From: Patellaria atrata CBS 101060
Lineage: Eukaryota
Reading direction: 5' to 3'
Assembly: GCA_010093705.1 (NCBI GenBank)
Contig: MU006095.1
Location: 1,157,016-1,221,015 of the forward strand
DNA length: 64,000 nt
Part shown: positions 13,060-25,880 of the stretch, piece after piece
Numbering within the stretch: position 1 is the stretch's first letter
How the letters are laid out: every line of letters begins with the position of its first letter
Notes under the pieces: model-generated
What the model was told of the DNA's origin: nothing
The model's input: the letters and a program-made list of their open reading frames with translations, nothing else
The model's database searches: none
Translations under genes and position numbers: made by a program

Positions 13060-14620
13060 ATTTGTTCTGAAGTCCTAATAACAATACTATACACATAACT
13101 CCACTTGGTATCATGCTATTTCGCCAACGCCTTTTACCAAGCAACACCGTACCCATTTGCAACTATTCGTGCAGTGATCCAATCCACTGCCATCCCCTAA
13201 CTCCCAATGCAAATGCAAGCACTCTATACCGGGCTGCGAGGTGCCACACCGATTTCCTTCCCCCTAACCCAGTATAACCACCGCGTGATTTCACTTAAAC
13301 TGGTGTTGACCACCATGACCTGAGGGCGGACCATAATTGTGCATTGGTAAACCTTGACCTTGACCCAAGTGGTTCTGAACGTCGGGACGGTATCTGTGGA
13401 ATCATCAGTCAGTCCCTACGCGCATTCCGGTAACCAGAGTTACAATCTCCCATGACAGTGTGCGCATCAAACGTACTTGATATCCTGGTAAAAGTTGCAG
13501 ATATGGCATCCTACTTCCCTCCAGGGTTTGAATGAGAAAGGCACAATTGGCTTTGCGAACGGGTTAGTTAAGGAAGTACGCGTTTGACGATATCGGTAAA
13601 CGTACGATGAAGCAGAAGGTAAACCATTCCCTACAGCGCGTTAGACTAATGTATTCCCGTGCATGAGGATCGCCCCCCAGATATCAAAACTGACCATCGC
13701 TTGTAGACGCGACCGCTCATGTTACCGCAATTCTGACATTGGACAGTAACGTTCTCGTATCCTTTCAATCTGCTTGTGAAGACTAGATATATCGTCAGAG
13801 GAAATGATTCCAGCATAGGGATTTACATATGAGCTCTTACTATGCGTGCCACACGTAAAGAAGAAGAACATGATGGTTTATGTTTGGGGACTCGAGCGTC
13901 TGCGCGGAGTATGCTGGAAGCTCTGAAGGTCGCAATGAAGCTTTTGGGATGATGATATTCAGATGAAGCAGTGCAGAAGTGTAGCCGCCAGCTAAAGTAT
14001 CCTGAGGAGAGGCGATTCTCTTGGACTTTATTAGGTTTTATTCAACGTTAGAGATGAACTATGTTCGGCTTCTCTTGTATTGAGCTTGGCCCGAGCTTGG
14101 CCGTGACGACAGGATACTCAGCCACATTTCTGGGAAACTGGCCACGGATATGACAGTCAACATCAAACATTTCATGTCAGTTCATACTATTCTAACAGAC
14201 CATCCAACTCTCCAAAGAATATCTAGGGACATAAAAGGAAGCAGTAGACTTGATGGTGCGTCGAATAAGGTCCTGACTGTAGAAAGACATTGCTGCTATC
14301 CTAGACACAGTATCTTTGACACTCACTGAAGTTTCGTTAGCAAGACCAGGTGTAATTTCCACGTAGTGACTTTATGTCTAGTCCATATGGGGTTTTGGGA
14401 TTTCAATTCGATGTGGGTTCAAGACAACGACACCGCTCATGTTAAGGGATATGAGCAAGTGATTTCAATTGACAAAACAACGCCGTCCGCGCCTGGTTCA
14501 AATATCACTTGTGGATGGGATAAACGGAGGCAGGTGAGTGTATTTCATAGGTCGGAGTTTATTCGACTAGGGAACTAGACTATCCTACGATAATGAGAAC
14601 GACTAGTCATAAGAAACAAT
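13060..14620 (+). ncRNA. TER: Telomerase RNA candidate (5' end approximate)
   Basis: Template CCCTAACCC at 13262-13270, pseudoknot at 14006-14237, CR4/5-like three-way junction at 14319-14541, ATAAGT at 14619-14624; no long ORF in the region. Confidence 0.72.
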
Positions 14621-14753
14621 AAGTTAGGGGTTGACTGGATACTCGAGCATAAACTCTAAGCAGCGAGATCAAACGCTGTGGTATTGCGGGTAAAAGAACC
14701 AAGTCGTGCTCGTCATCACTGTAGGTACAATCTATGAAATCTATACAGCTCCA

Positions 14754-15395
14754 TCACTGGGTCTTGAAGAGTAAGATCGCACAGTGGCCAAGGTAGAAAT
14801 ATATGAAGTGTTTCGTTTCTGTAATCACATCAACAACCAGGTTCAAGAAGGTGAACTTAAGATAGTTGCGTTGCTCACCGTGAGTGACGAAACTACCGAA
14901 GTTCCTTCCTACAATGCAGTGCCATGTAGCCCCCTTTTTAGAATCAAACTATAGGATCAAAATGTTAGGTTACCTTGGAGTATCATTTAGGTTCCAAGGT
15001 GGAAAATCGTACTTCTTTCTTGATATACATAGCTATGTCCTACCATTCCGATGTTAGAAAGCGGGGATTCGCAAGCATATAATTACTATGATCATCTCAC
15101 CTTTTCGACACTGAACTTGCCCATTGCTTCAGTTGCTGTAAGAGAGTGAGCATATGTAATTTTACGCATGTCTTATTAATCGGAAACGGGACTTCATACC
15201 GACTTCAATAGCTTCTTGCTGCATATCCTCGCTCTAAAGGACCTATTAGCTGTAACAAAACGTATCACTTTAAATCGGTTGCTACCATGTCGGCAGATTT
15301 AACCTGAGCTGAAAGAATGTCAAAAGGTCTTTCCCTTAAAATTTCACGAGCGCGATTAGCTTACCCTCTAGCTTTTCAGACTTTTCGCTACTCAT
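14754..15395 (-). CDS. nudG: Dynein light chain LC8, split into 7 short exons (missed by the ORF track)
   Basis: Spliced [82 protein letters not shown]. Confidence 0.95.
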
Positions 15396-15711
15396 TGTTT
15401 TCGACGGAAACTGATCGGCAGTATTGGAGGTGCTCCTGAAAGGTCAATAATATTCCTTCTATTTAGGTGCTTGCGAAACGTGTAGAACTAATGTTTTCCA
15501 ATTCAAAACATTGAAGTCTGAGGTGAGAGAGCTGGCAGGGCAACTCCCTGCAGCCGACGGGACAACCGAACCTAAGCTTCACTAAGCTAAGCGTCGTAGC
15601 CACAGTGGAGTGGCTTGAAATATTCCATCCGGTCCGTGCGTGCAGTGGAACTCTCCCGTCAGAAGTTTTTCCTTGCTTTACAGCACACACTTGCGCATCT
15701 ATGTTCATATA

Positions 15712-18526
15712 ATGGCTTCCTCGCGTATTTTCGTGAAAGGTCTACCGCCGACGTTTTCTCAAGATGAATTCAACAAGCATTTCTCCAGGCAATATCCAAT
15801 TACGGATGCTAAATTCTTCCCACATCGGAGGATTGGCTATGTGGGCTACAAAAACCACGAGGACGCCGCAAAAGCGGTAAAATACTTCAACAAATCATAC
15901 ATTCGTATGTCTAGAATATCTGTTGAAATTGCCAGACCAGTATGTGATATACTAGTTCCTGCAAACTGTTCGAAGACTGCATGTTTACTCAGCAAATCTG
16001 TAGATCGATAATACCGTGCCTATCCCCAAGGGGGAATCTTCTCATAACGTCAATTCAAAGCAATCGCCGCACCAAAATGAAGACCAGCCCCTTGATAATC
16101 CCCTGAAACGTAAAAGGACGATCCGAGAAGGACCTGGTACAGATCCAAAGTTGACGGAATATCTAGAGGTTATGCAACCGCACTCTAAGAGAAGTATCTG
16201 GGAGAACCACAACAGTAATGCGCCTGTGACTTCAGAACCAGCACATGATGTAGAAGAGCAAACCATCGTCGAAGACGGTGATAGCGATTCTGAGTACGAG
16301 GTCGTACCAAAGAAGTCGAAAAACGCTTCAACTTCCATCTCAAATACAACTTCCGTAGGACAGGCGATCAGTTCCACTAACCAAGATCAGGAGAATGACC
16401 AAGCGAATCCGCCAGCTATACCTGACGAGGAAGTACCCACAGTCGTTCCGAGAGATACCTCACAGTCTGATGCAGACTGGTTGCGCTCGAAAACCAGTCG
16501 TCTACTAGAGTTAGATGATGGTTATAGCGGCGCTGAAGGAACCCGAGTGTCTATGTCACAGGATAAGGATACCGGTCCAGCTGAAGAGATGCGCAATATC
16601 GCGGTTGCTCTTCCCAATCAAGATACTCTAGAAGAAACAGGCCCAGCTACTGCCATCTCGACTGATCAAGTGAAAACTGAATCTGACACGAACAAGGATA
16701 CAGGAAGGTTATTTCTGCGCAATCTACCCTATACTGTTACGGAAGATGACCTTCGAGAGTATTTTAATGCGTTCGGTTCTTTAGATGAGGTGAGCATCTT
16801 CTCGTTTGTGCTCATTTGAAAGTCTTTTATGATGAATACCTGATAGGGACATCTGATGCAATGTAATTGATGTAACTCAGGAAGAGTATTTTAGTAGATG
16901 CTTCTCAATTTCTGAATTCGCCTTATTTGCCACGTTACAGAATATCAATGTCTTGGAGACTTTGCTAACTCTCTTAGGTGCACATTCCAATTGACTCTCG
17001 AACCGGCGCCGGAAAAGGCTTCGCATATGTACAGTTTTTGGAACCGTCTGAAGCCATTCGATCGAAGGAAACATTAGATGGCACGATTTTTCAGGGTCGT
17101 TTGTTGCATATCATCCCAGCGAATGTAAAACGTGAAAGCCGCCTTGATGAGTATGCAATATCTCAGTTACCCCTTAAGAAACAGAAGCAGATACAAAAGA
17201 GAGCTGAAGCAGCATCTTCTACTTTCAACTGGAATGCTTTGTATATGAATGTAAGTATTAACCTGCTCTTTCGAGAGACTAATCAACTGATTCTTCTAGA
17301 CCGATGCTGTCATGGCGTCCGTTGCCGATCGCTTAGGGGTGAATAAAGGCGAGTTGCTCGACCCAACCTCTTCGGATGCTGCAGTCAAACAAGCTCACGC
17401 AGAGACGCACGTTATTCAAGAGACGAAATCATATTTCGTGCAAAACGGTGTTGATCTAGACTCATTCAAGAGAAAAGCAAGAGGTGATACGGCCATTCTT
17501 GTGAAGAACTTTCCTTATGAGACCAAGGTGGAAGAGCTTAGGAAGCTATTCGAGGAGCATGGCAAAGTACTAAGAGTACTCATGCCCCCAAGCGGTACCA
17601 TCGCCATCGTGGAGTATGCACAAGCACCAGAAGCACGTGCAGCTTTCAAAGCTCTAGCATATAGAAAGATCAAAGACTCCGTTCTTTTCTTAGAGAAAGC
17701 TCCAAAAGATGTGTTCGATGGAAAACTAGGTAATATCAAGAATGGTCCTCGTGCGTCTTCGCCAACGAGTGTAGCGAAGCTCTCAACAACCGACTTGCTT
17801 GGTAAAGAGAGTACCATCGATACTTTCGATACGGCCACGTTGTTTGTTCGAAATCTTAACTTCACTACGACATCTGAGCGCCTTACTGAAACGTTTAAAC
17901 CTCTGGACGGGTTCATGTCAGCCGTGGTGAAAACAAAGCCAGATCCTAAGAATCTAGGCAAAACACTTAGTATGGGCTTTGGCTTTCTCGAGTTCCGCAC
18001 CAAAAGTCAAGCTCAAGCGGCGCAGGTTATAATGGATGGCTACGATCTGGAGGGTCATAAACTTGTTATCAAAGCGTCCCATAAAGGATTAGATGCCGCA
18101 CAGGAACAAATTCGAAAGGATCAGGCTAAGAAAGCCGCTGCGGTGAAAACAAAAATAATTATCAAAAACTTACCTTTCCAAGCAAGTAAAAAGGATGTGC
18201 GAGCTCTATTTGGGGCTTATGGACAGCTCCGCTCTGTCCGTGTCCCGAAGAAATTCGATAGCTCTACCCGTGGCTTTGCGTTTGCCGAGTTTGCTACGCC
18301 GCGAGAAGCTCAAAATGCAATAGATGCGCTCGGAAATACTCATTTTTATGGCAGGAAACTTGTCCTCGACTTTGCCGAAGAAGGGGCGGCTGACGCTGAG
18401 GAAGAGCTTGAGAAGATGCAGAAAAAGGTCGGCTCCCAACTCAACAGAGTTGCTTTGCAACAACTCACTGGTGTTGGCCGAAAGAAGTTTAATGTCTCAG
18501 GTAATGAAGACGAGCAAGATGTTTAA
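15712..18526 (+). CDS. MRD1: Multiple-RRM pre-rRNA processing protein Mrd1
   Basis: MASSRIFVKGLP start, five RRMs, FNWNALYMN and SSDAAVKQAHAETHVIQETK motifs; three introns. Confidence 0.95.
16825..16920 (+). ncRNA. snR64: Intronic box C/D snoRNA, snR64/SNORD74-like
   Basis: C box ATGATGA at 16829; guide GATAGGGACA followed by D' CTGA at 16853, complementary to the conserved LSU rRNA tract TGTCCCTATC; TAGTAGAT accessory pairing; D box CTGA at 16912; lies in MRD1 intron 2. Confidence 0.85.
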
Positions 18527-19101
18527 AGGGCTGTGTCTATTAGAAGACTTTTGGTAGGTCCTCAATCTCCTTGCTTCTTAGCTCCAAAGGTTTTTAGTGC
18601 CTACTTTCGCCGCGAGCGCGAGCGCGCCCTACCAACCCCTTGGTTACGCCCAATATCACGAGGGATAGTAAGATATAAATCATGATTCACGAAATAGAGG
18701 AGATAATAGTGCTGTATTCCTCATACGAGCTACTCAAACTACGCGTCTCTTCGCCTTGCATCTAACAGCGCCTCATAAAAGAGAGCTGTTACATAGTATT
18801 TGTTACCCTACGTATTGCATTCCTGCCTATCAAGGCGTTGCTACAGCTACCTATTCTTCTATCATATCCCTGGCACAGAATGATCGAGCGAGTTTACTAG
18901 TTCTAGACCCTTGCTTTCGAATGTTTGTTAGGCATTCTTTGCCTCCCTCTGGAACTCGGATTTAATGAGTCTGCAGTAGCAGAGCCTATCCCTTCTATAG
19001 AGATATGAACATCGTATAAACATATGCCTCATTCTTTCCCCAGGTTCAGCATCGGTACATTCTCGATCCGTAGACCATTCCTCCCCAAATATCCTCAAAA
19101 T

Positions 19102-21165
19102 ATGACAATTCAGAATCCATGCATCCTCCGTTCAAATGCACCCACCTATGGCTACTTGCCTGAAACAACTGATGTAGGATCAAGTCGTATTCTACAAGAC
19201 AGTTGTGGCAATCGTCAACAATACGATGTACCATATACACAAGCTGGAGAAAGGAAGAGAGCTTTCTCGCCACTCTCACCTCCAACTAGACGAAACGTTG
19301 CTTCTTATGGAAACCACCCCTTTTATCCTTCCTATCGAAAACTCACTGCACAGGAGGAAGAAGCAGAATTCGAACGAAAATGCAGTCAGTTACTACACGA
19401 TATCCACCAGTCCTCAAAGTTTGTCAACTACCGTCGACGGCAAGAGGAGAGTAATACCAAGGATGGCGACAAGAAGTGGCCCTGGCCCTTGGAGCTCGCC
19501 TTTTTCAGAGGTATGGATCTAAGTTTTGCAATTGACAGAGACTGACTTCATCTAGCCCTAGTGAGATGGCCACCGGTTGGGAAAACTAAAGTTATCATCC
19601 ATGGAAAGCAACGAGGAAGAAATGAAATGATTGCGGAGTATATCAGAGAGACAACTGGATATATCCGAGATAGAAAGCAGGTGTCAAGTCATATCCAGGT
19701 GCTCAGGCCTTACTTCAAGGCACATCCCTCTGGTGAGTATAACCTCCTGCCAACGGAAACCCCTGTCTGATATCTTTCAGTCATGGTATACTTCTCCAAA
19801 CCAAAAGAGATGTCCGCACAGCGCCGTACTTCAGTCATCTCTCGGCGTTTATCTAGTCAATCCTCGGGATCCCATTTGACCCGTTACTCAATGAATCATG
19901 CACCAGTAACTACTTTACCATATAATGGGTGTACTAAAGTCGATACCCCGTCACATGACGTAGGCTCTCACGCTTCGGACCTTTCCCGTCCTGCGATTTT
20001 CCCATCAAAGTTCGACATGTATTTGTACACTGAAGACCAAAACACTGGATCTCAATTCATACAGAAATTCACCGAACTCTCCCCGCACCCTCAACGCTCA
20101 GACTATCAGCTCGCTGAGCTACAAGACCTATTGCAAGACTTTCCCGATCGTCTTGATATGAACGAGCTCAGCACTAACAATAACATTCTCTTTGTCGAAG
20201 TTTCCTTATCACTAACCAAGAATATTCCCAAAGGTGCATCATTAGCGGTTGATTTGACGTTTCGAAATGATTCTTGCACCGCGAATGATTTTGGCAGCTT
20301 TGAGAGCGACACGTGGTTTTATGATGGAGATGAGGATACATGTGTCGACGGCCGTATTATTTTTGACGCGAAATCGAGGAAACTATACAAGATACCCTTC
20401 GGTAGTAAATTCTGGGCCGCAAAGTTCTTCAAAATTGGGAAAATGATAAGTCACGCTTCGACAATTTCTGATATTGATACAAGGTTCGAACTTATGGAGT
20501 CAGCAAAAGCTCAAGTGGAACGAATTAAAGCCGTTCAAGTGTTATATGGGGTCCCCGAAGACCTTGGCGAACGAACAAATTTGCTGACGATTTTGTGGAC
20601 ATTCAAAGCTGCGGAGGACAATCACGCAGGAGTAGCAACATGGATGTGTTTAGCATCTTCAGATTCAACCATCAAAGACGAAATACAGGATTCACAATCT
20701 TACGGCTCTCTCTCCTTAAACCTCTCTAATAGTATGCTCGTCAATGGTGCTCAACCTTCCGATCAGTCTCATTTTGACTTCAACGACATATCATCGATAG
20801 GTCTTGCGGGGATACCTTCGGGGATCGACATACCTCAGGCGATACCTGAGGACGGTCTTCCACCCGAGAATAACATCGATTTCATAGGAGGCCATATCGA
20901 TATCTGCTTGGAACCGGCCGTCTTGATGGAAGGATACACCGACCTTGCAGACAACGCAGTATTCGACGTCATGTCGTCATCCGCGCAGCAGTGGCAATCA
21001 TATGGTAACCCTTACGAGCAACAACATTATGACATCCCTCACTTTGCTCAAGATCACGAGGTGCCGCATGATGAGGATGGTTTAGGACAGGCGGATTACT
21101 TAGGGGAAGCATTACAGCAGTTTCACGAAAGGGATAACCCTCTTGGTGGTCTTCACTCAACGTAG
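19102..21165 (+). CDS. TEA/ATTS-domain transcription factor (AbaA/Tec1 family)
   Basis: Spliced [22 protein letters not shown]...[10 protein letters not shown]...[16 protein letters not shown] signature; the start could instead be 19024. Confidence 0.88.
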
Positions 21166-21766
21166 CTTACTGTGGTGTGATAGATGAAGGATAGCATTGG
21201 CTTATTTGATCAAGATACGAATCTGTCCTTTAGAGTGCTCCTTCATGTAGAACTACACTCGAGGATCAATCGGGATGATATTCTGCAGTCACCCGTTTAT
21301 CATGGCGCAGCGCCTTGGAAGACCTGCATGCAGTAACTAACTCGACTGTTTTTCTACGTGAACTACCATGTGTTCCTACAATGTTATCATCAGTATTTGG
21401 TAGAGATGTTCGAAACCTTTGCAATATACGTCAGCAGAGCCACCAATTTCTGCATATAAACGGAACTCCTTATCACGGTATGTCTTGTTACAAGTTCCCA
21501 TATATATACTTACCTATTCATCACGCACTTACAAGTGAAGAAAAACGTTTACGTCATTCAGTGGTTGACTTATTGAGACTTGTCACATTTTATTAGATAC
21601 TAAGGTTAAACTTCACATTGACAAATCAAACGGCTACACACAGCCTGCAACAATTCGTCGTAAAATGCCCACTAGAATACTGGCCTTTCGTGTTCCCACA
21701 AGTTTACATCTAAGAACACACTCACCTTGTCGATTTCGCGTTGTCTTCCACACGTAACCAATCAAA

Positions 21767-23178
21767 ATGGATCTTCGCCGAAGCCTCATCGTTCCAAAAC
21801 GAAAACGTGGATCGACGCCAGAAGATGAACCCCAAACTTCTTCAACTATGACAACCCTTAATAATGAAATTGCCCCCGCGACTTCTGCTCACGTACAAGC
21901 GACTGATACCTCTACCGACGCGTCATTTGAACATATAACGGGTTTTACGAGCGTAGAAGTATTCGACAAAATGCAAGATGAAGGAGCAAAGTACGATGAA
22001 CTCAACAAACCCCTACACTAGTTTGTGCAACGCGTCCTGGGAGACAAAGCTGATCAACGTAGGCCTAGAAACACCGGACCAGTCCCACTGGGACTTCCAC
22101 ATAACCCAGAGAACATCGCCCAGCTTTACCACGAATGTCAGACCCGGGGCATAGTGCTAAACATCAGTTACGAAGAGGTAGAACCGCAGAGGTTTACTGC
22201 GCGTCTGGAGTTTGCAGGTCGGGTTAGCCGGGTTATCGACACCCCTGGCAATTATCATAGCAAGAAAGAAGCTAAAGGGGTAGCCGCAATCATGGGATTG
22301 AAATTCTTTGAGGAACTGGGGCCGGAGCCGAAGAAGGCCGAAAGAATTGCGAATGGAGCTGGCGAGAGTATGAACTGGGTGGGAGATTTGATTGGTAAGT
22401 CATGTGACCATATCTCCTATATGCAGAGCATTCGGTATGAGATGCAAAAGGGGTTACACTATTCCGTATACACCGTTCATAGGCTGATGGAGCACAGAAT
22501 TCATACACAAAAGGGGAGCTGTGGCGCCCATTTGGCAGGACTACCAGAGCGGCTCACTCTTTTCCTGCGAGGTTATTGTGGATTTACGCCCTGACCGTGA
22601 GAATGTTCTCTTCGGCGGCAAGGAGAAACTGTTCTCGAACAAGAAAGCAGCAAAGACGAACGCTGCTCAAGAAGCTATAGAATGGCTTCGTGAAAACGAT
22701 TACTTGAACGATCAATCCCCGACCAAAAAGCAGAAGAGAGCCAAAGCCAAAGCTGCAGCTCCAACCATGGATGTCAAAGAGGTCGTAGAGTGCGCAGCAA
22801 ATGTCGAGAAATCTGCGGCGCAAGAGGTCAATGGTGAGTCTTTAACCCCCACCTGTGAAGTTTATACGGGTTCCCTCGAAAGTGTGTAATAATATTCCCC
22901 TCTCACATCATGTAGAATTATGCCAGCTTCTCGGCCTGTCATGCCCTGAGTATCATTTCACCTCCCTCAAGCATGCACCAGGCATGCTATCCGGGTATGC
23001 TACCTTCAAAAACAACCCCGAAATTCCGAATCCTATCGGTGAAGCGGACAATATCTTCGGCAAGAAGAGCGCCAAAGACCAAATTGCGAAGGGCGTCCTT
23101 GCCTATCTAACGCGGTTGTCCAAGAAGAGGCAGGAAGAAGCAGACAAACTAATAGCGGACATAGATGCTATGGAGTAA
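21767..23178 (+). CDS. Protein with tandem dsRNA-binding-motif-like domains, multi-exon
   Basis: Three dsRBM-like ends (YHSKKEAKGVAA, FSNKKAAKTNAA, IFGKKSAKDQIA); intron 21991-22062 joins the frames. Confidence 0.75.
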
Positions 23179-23595
23179 TCCTATATCCATATGCCCTTCG
23201 TTAGAGTTCATTCAGCGGCATAGTAGGCGAAAGGACCTTGTCTTGAAGAAAAAAGGCATTAAGGATAGAAGATGGCTAGACCTTGAATTCGCATGGATGT
23301 GGCGTCTTTCATTTGGGATATGAATATCCAAGGCAATACCCTTATCGGAAAATGGTTAGATAGATCTCTCAAGTCACAAATTCAAAATCATATATCTTTG
23401 TGCCAAACCCTACAAAGCATTTGCCTATTCTAGAAACTAAGTCTCGTAATCATGAATTCCTAAACGAAATGAAAGTCAGATAGTATTCTACATCCCTAAA
23501 TAGGCAGTAAGAAGTCCCCAAAACCAATGACTCTTTCGAATATATACATAGCTGAAAGCAATTTTACGGTATGCCTTGAAACAGTTGGAGTATTT

Positions 23596-24540
23596 TCACC
23601 GTTTCCTTTCTCTAACTTTGAACTTGACCCCGTTTTTGTTCACCCCTCCGATTGCTCCACTCATCCTTGCTCGCTGCCCCTCTATCTCTTCCTCGGCGAT
23701 CTTCAACTCTTGTTCTCTCTTTCTCAATTCTTCGATCCGTCTTTGTTTGGTCTCCTGCTGTTTCTGCCTCTTCTTCTCTTCTCGGTACTTCTGAATCTCA
23801 GCTACCCTCTCCCGCGCAGCCTGTCTCTCTGAGACGCGCCTGTCTATTTGATAGACGTTGTTCATACTCCCAATTTCCCCATTCAAAAGTTCCAGACTCT
23901 CCCCAACTAGATGGGGTGAACTTGAAGATTCCATACCCCTCTTATCTAACTGACTTGTGGCATCGAAAGCATGTTGCTCTATCGCATCATTGACAAACAC
24001 CGTATATTTGCCTGATCCACTTCCCTTCCCTGGCTTGAACAGAGTGATCCCCGGACGTTCCTCCTCACCCCTCTCATCTTCATCTTCTTCATCCTCAAAT
24101 CCCCAAGCATCATCCTCCTCAAAATGGTCCCCCAAACCTCTTATCTTCCCTTTTTTACCGACGTCCCCCAGCGTAAACCCTTCCCCCTCCAACCTCTCCC
24201 TCTCCTTCCTCGTCACATTCGCCATAGTTCTGATATACCTCACATCCTGCGTCTTCATCAATTTGACCACATCGACACTTAGCGCCTTGTTCCCGCGATC
24301 TCCAATTCTCGTTCCGTCCCGCCCCTGCTTGCTCGACATCATCGAGAAGGCGAACTCATCTGGATTGCGTTCCGCGGCTTTCTGCCGCAGGGTTCGCAGC
24401 TTCCGCCTCTTTTCCGCAAAGTTCTTCGCGCGGAGACTGTAGTCTTTGTGCTTTTCGAGGATGCCCCATTTGCTGCGCTCGAGAGGCTGGGCGCGCTCTC
24501 GATGAGTGGGTCGCGCGACGGCGTTGCGGAGGGAGGACAT
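23596..24540 (-). CDS. UTP11: U3 snoRNA-associated protein Utp11
   Basis: [19 protein letters not shown]...LEKHKDY...[11 protein letters not shown]-terminal KFKVRERKR. Confidence 0.95.
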   Translation of the reverse strand: MSSLRNAVARPTHRERAQPLERSKWGILEKHKDYSLRAKNFAEKRRKLRTLRQKAAERNPDEFAFSMMSSKQGRDGTRIGDRGNKALSVDVVKLMKTQDVRYIRTMANVTRKERERLEGEGFTLGDVGKKGKIRGLGDHFEEDDAWGFEDEEDEDERGEEERPGITLFKPGKGSGSGKYTVFVNDAIEQHAFDATSQLDKRGMESSSSPHLVGESLELLNGEIGSMNNVYQIDRRVSERQAARERVAEIQKYREEKKRQKQQETKQRRIEELRKREQELKIAEEEIEGQRARMSGAIGGVNKNGVKFKVRERKR

Positions 24541-24857
24541 TGTGATGAGTTCGTTGACAGAAAGTGGTTTTTATTGTAGACAACAGACCAGATATAAGCT
24601 TCCTTGTCTTATATCGTCACAGATCTGTAGTTTAGAGTAAAGTGTTGCTGATATCGAGCTCCTAGAAAAAAAATTAGCTTTTCCAAAATTATTTCGTTGG
24701 TGGAATATTCGCCAAGACCGCCCCGCGGAAGTCCGAGCTCCAACATTTACGGAGGTTATCCCTCCACCTCCACGTCCTTTCCTACAATTACCATCTCAAC
24801 TTTACAATTTCCTTTCAGACACTACACCATCAATTGCTCAGATAGAACTCCAATATA

Positions 24858-25754
24858 ATGGCACGCCTACTCAAACAACCAGTTAAACTCGCCCTCATCC
24901 AACTCGCCACCACAGCCGACAAAGCCCACAATCTCTCCCACGCCCGCAGCAAAGTCCTCGAAGCATCGCGTGCGGGCGCCCGCATCATCGTGCTACCCGA
25001 ATGCTTCAACTCACCCTATGGCACAAAATATTTTCCCAAGTACGCGGAGACGCTACTCCCCTCGCCCCCCTCCAAAGAAAAGTCTCCTTCCTTCCACGCG
25101 TTGAGCGATATGGCGCGGGAGGCTCAGAGCTATCTGATAGGTGGGAGTATACCGGAGTACGAGGAGGATACGAAGGAGTTGTTTAATACGAGCTTGACAT
25201 TTGGACCGAGCGGGGATCTGTTAGCGACGCATAGGAAGGTTCATCTTTTTGATATCGATATTCCGGGGAAGATTAGGTTTAAGGAGAGCGAGGTGTTGAG
25301 TCCGGGGAATAAGATCACGTTGTTGGATCTCCCGGACTATGGGAAGGTGGCTATAGCTATCTGCTATGATATCAGATTCCCGGAATTGGCGACAATTGCC
25401 GCGAGGAAGGGTGCGTTTTTGTTACTGTATCCCGGCGCTTTCAATTTGACCACTGGAGCACTGCATTGGGAGCTCCAGGCTAGAGCTAGGGCAATGGATA
25501 ATCAGGTGTATGTGGGGTTGTGCTCGCCGGCGAGGGATATGGATGCAGACTATAATGCGTGGGGACACAGTATGATTGTGGATCCTAATGCGGCAATCAT
25601 AGAGCAGCTGGATGAAAAGGAGGGGATTGTGTATGCGGAACTGAACGGGGACAAGATCGAAGAGGTCAGAAAAGGTATCCCGATATATGGACAGAGGAGA
25701 TTCGATGTATACCCGGATGTCAGCAAGGATGCAAAGGTAGGGGAGGCGGAGTGA
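24858..25754 (+). CDS. NIT3: Carbon-nitrogen hydrolase, omega-amidase Nit3-like
   Basis: Catalytic triad motifs LPECFNSPY, HRKVHLFD and ICYDIRFPE. Confidence 0.93.
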   Translation: MARLLKQPVKLALIQLATTADKAHNLSHARSKVLEASRAGARIIVLPECFNSPYGTKYFPKYAETLLPSPPSKEKSPSFHALSDMAREAQSYLIGGSIPEYEEDTKELFNTSLTFGPSGDLLATHRKVHLFDIDIPGKIRFKESEVLSPGNKITLLDLPDYGKVAIAICYDIRFPELATIAARKGAFLLLYPGAFNLTTGALHWELQARARAMDNQVYVGLCSPARDMDADYNAWGHSMIVDPNAAIIEQLDEKEGIVYAELNGDKIEEVRKGIPIYGQRRFDVYPDVSKDAKVGEAE

Positions 25755-25880
25755 TATACACATATACATATATACAATATTTTTCCGGCGGATCATCGAT
25801 ATCCATTAAAGCGGAAACCCAAACCCACCCAACGCCCGGCAATGCCCTCTCTTCTCAAACAATTCATCAAAATGTTTCCA

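Noticed and set aside
13125..13142. U5 snRNA loop I-like GCCTTTTAC
   Set aside because: The flanks do not form the U5 stem and there is no downstream Sm site
13194..13205. Second telomere-template-like CCCCTAACTCCC
   Set aside because: Shorter match than 13262-13270 and lies inside a predicted hairpin
13949..14005. C box/D box pair suggesting a snoRNA
   Set aside because: Too short, with no recognisable guide, and lies inside the TER candidate
22019..22021. Apparent in-frame TAG readthrough between ORFs 21767-22021 and 22025-22594
   Set aside because: The stop lies within a canonical 72-nt intron (GTACGA at 21991, GCTGAT branch site, TAG at 22062) whose removal keeps the frame
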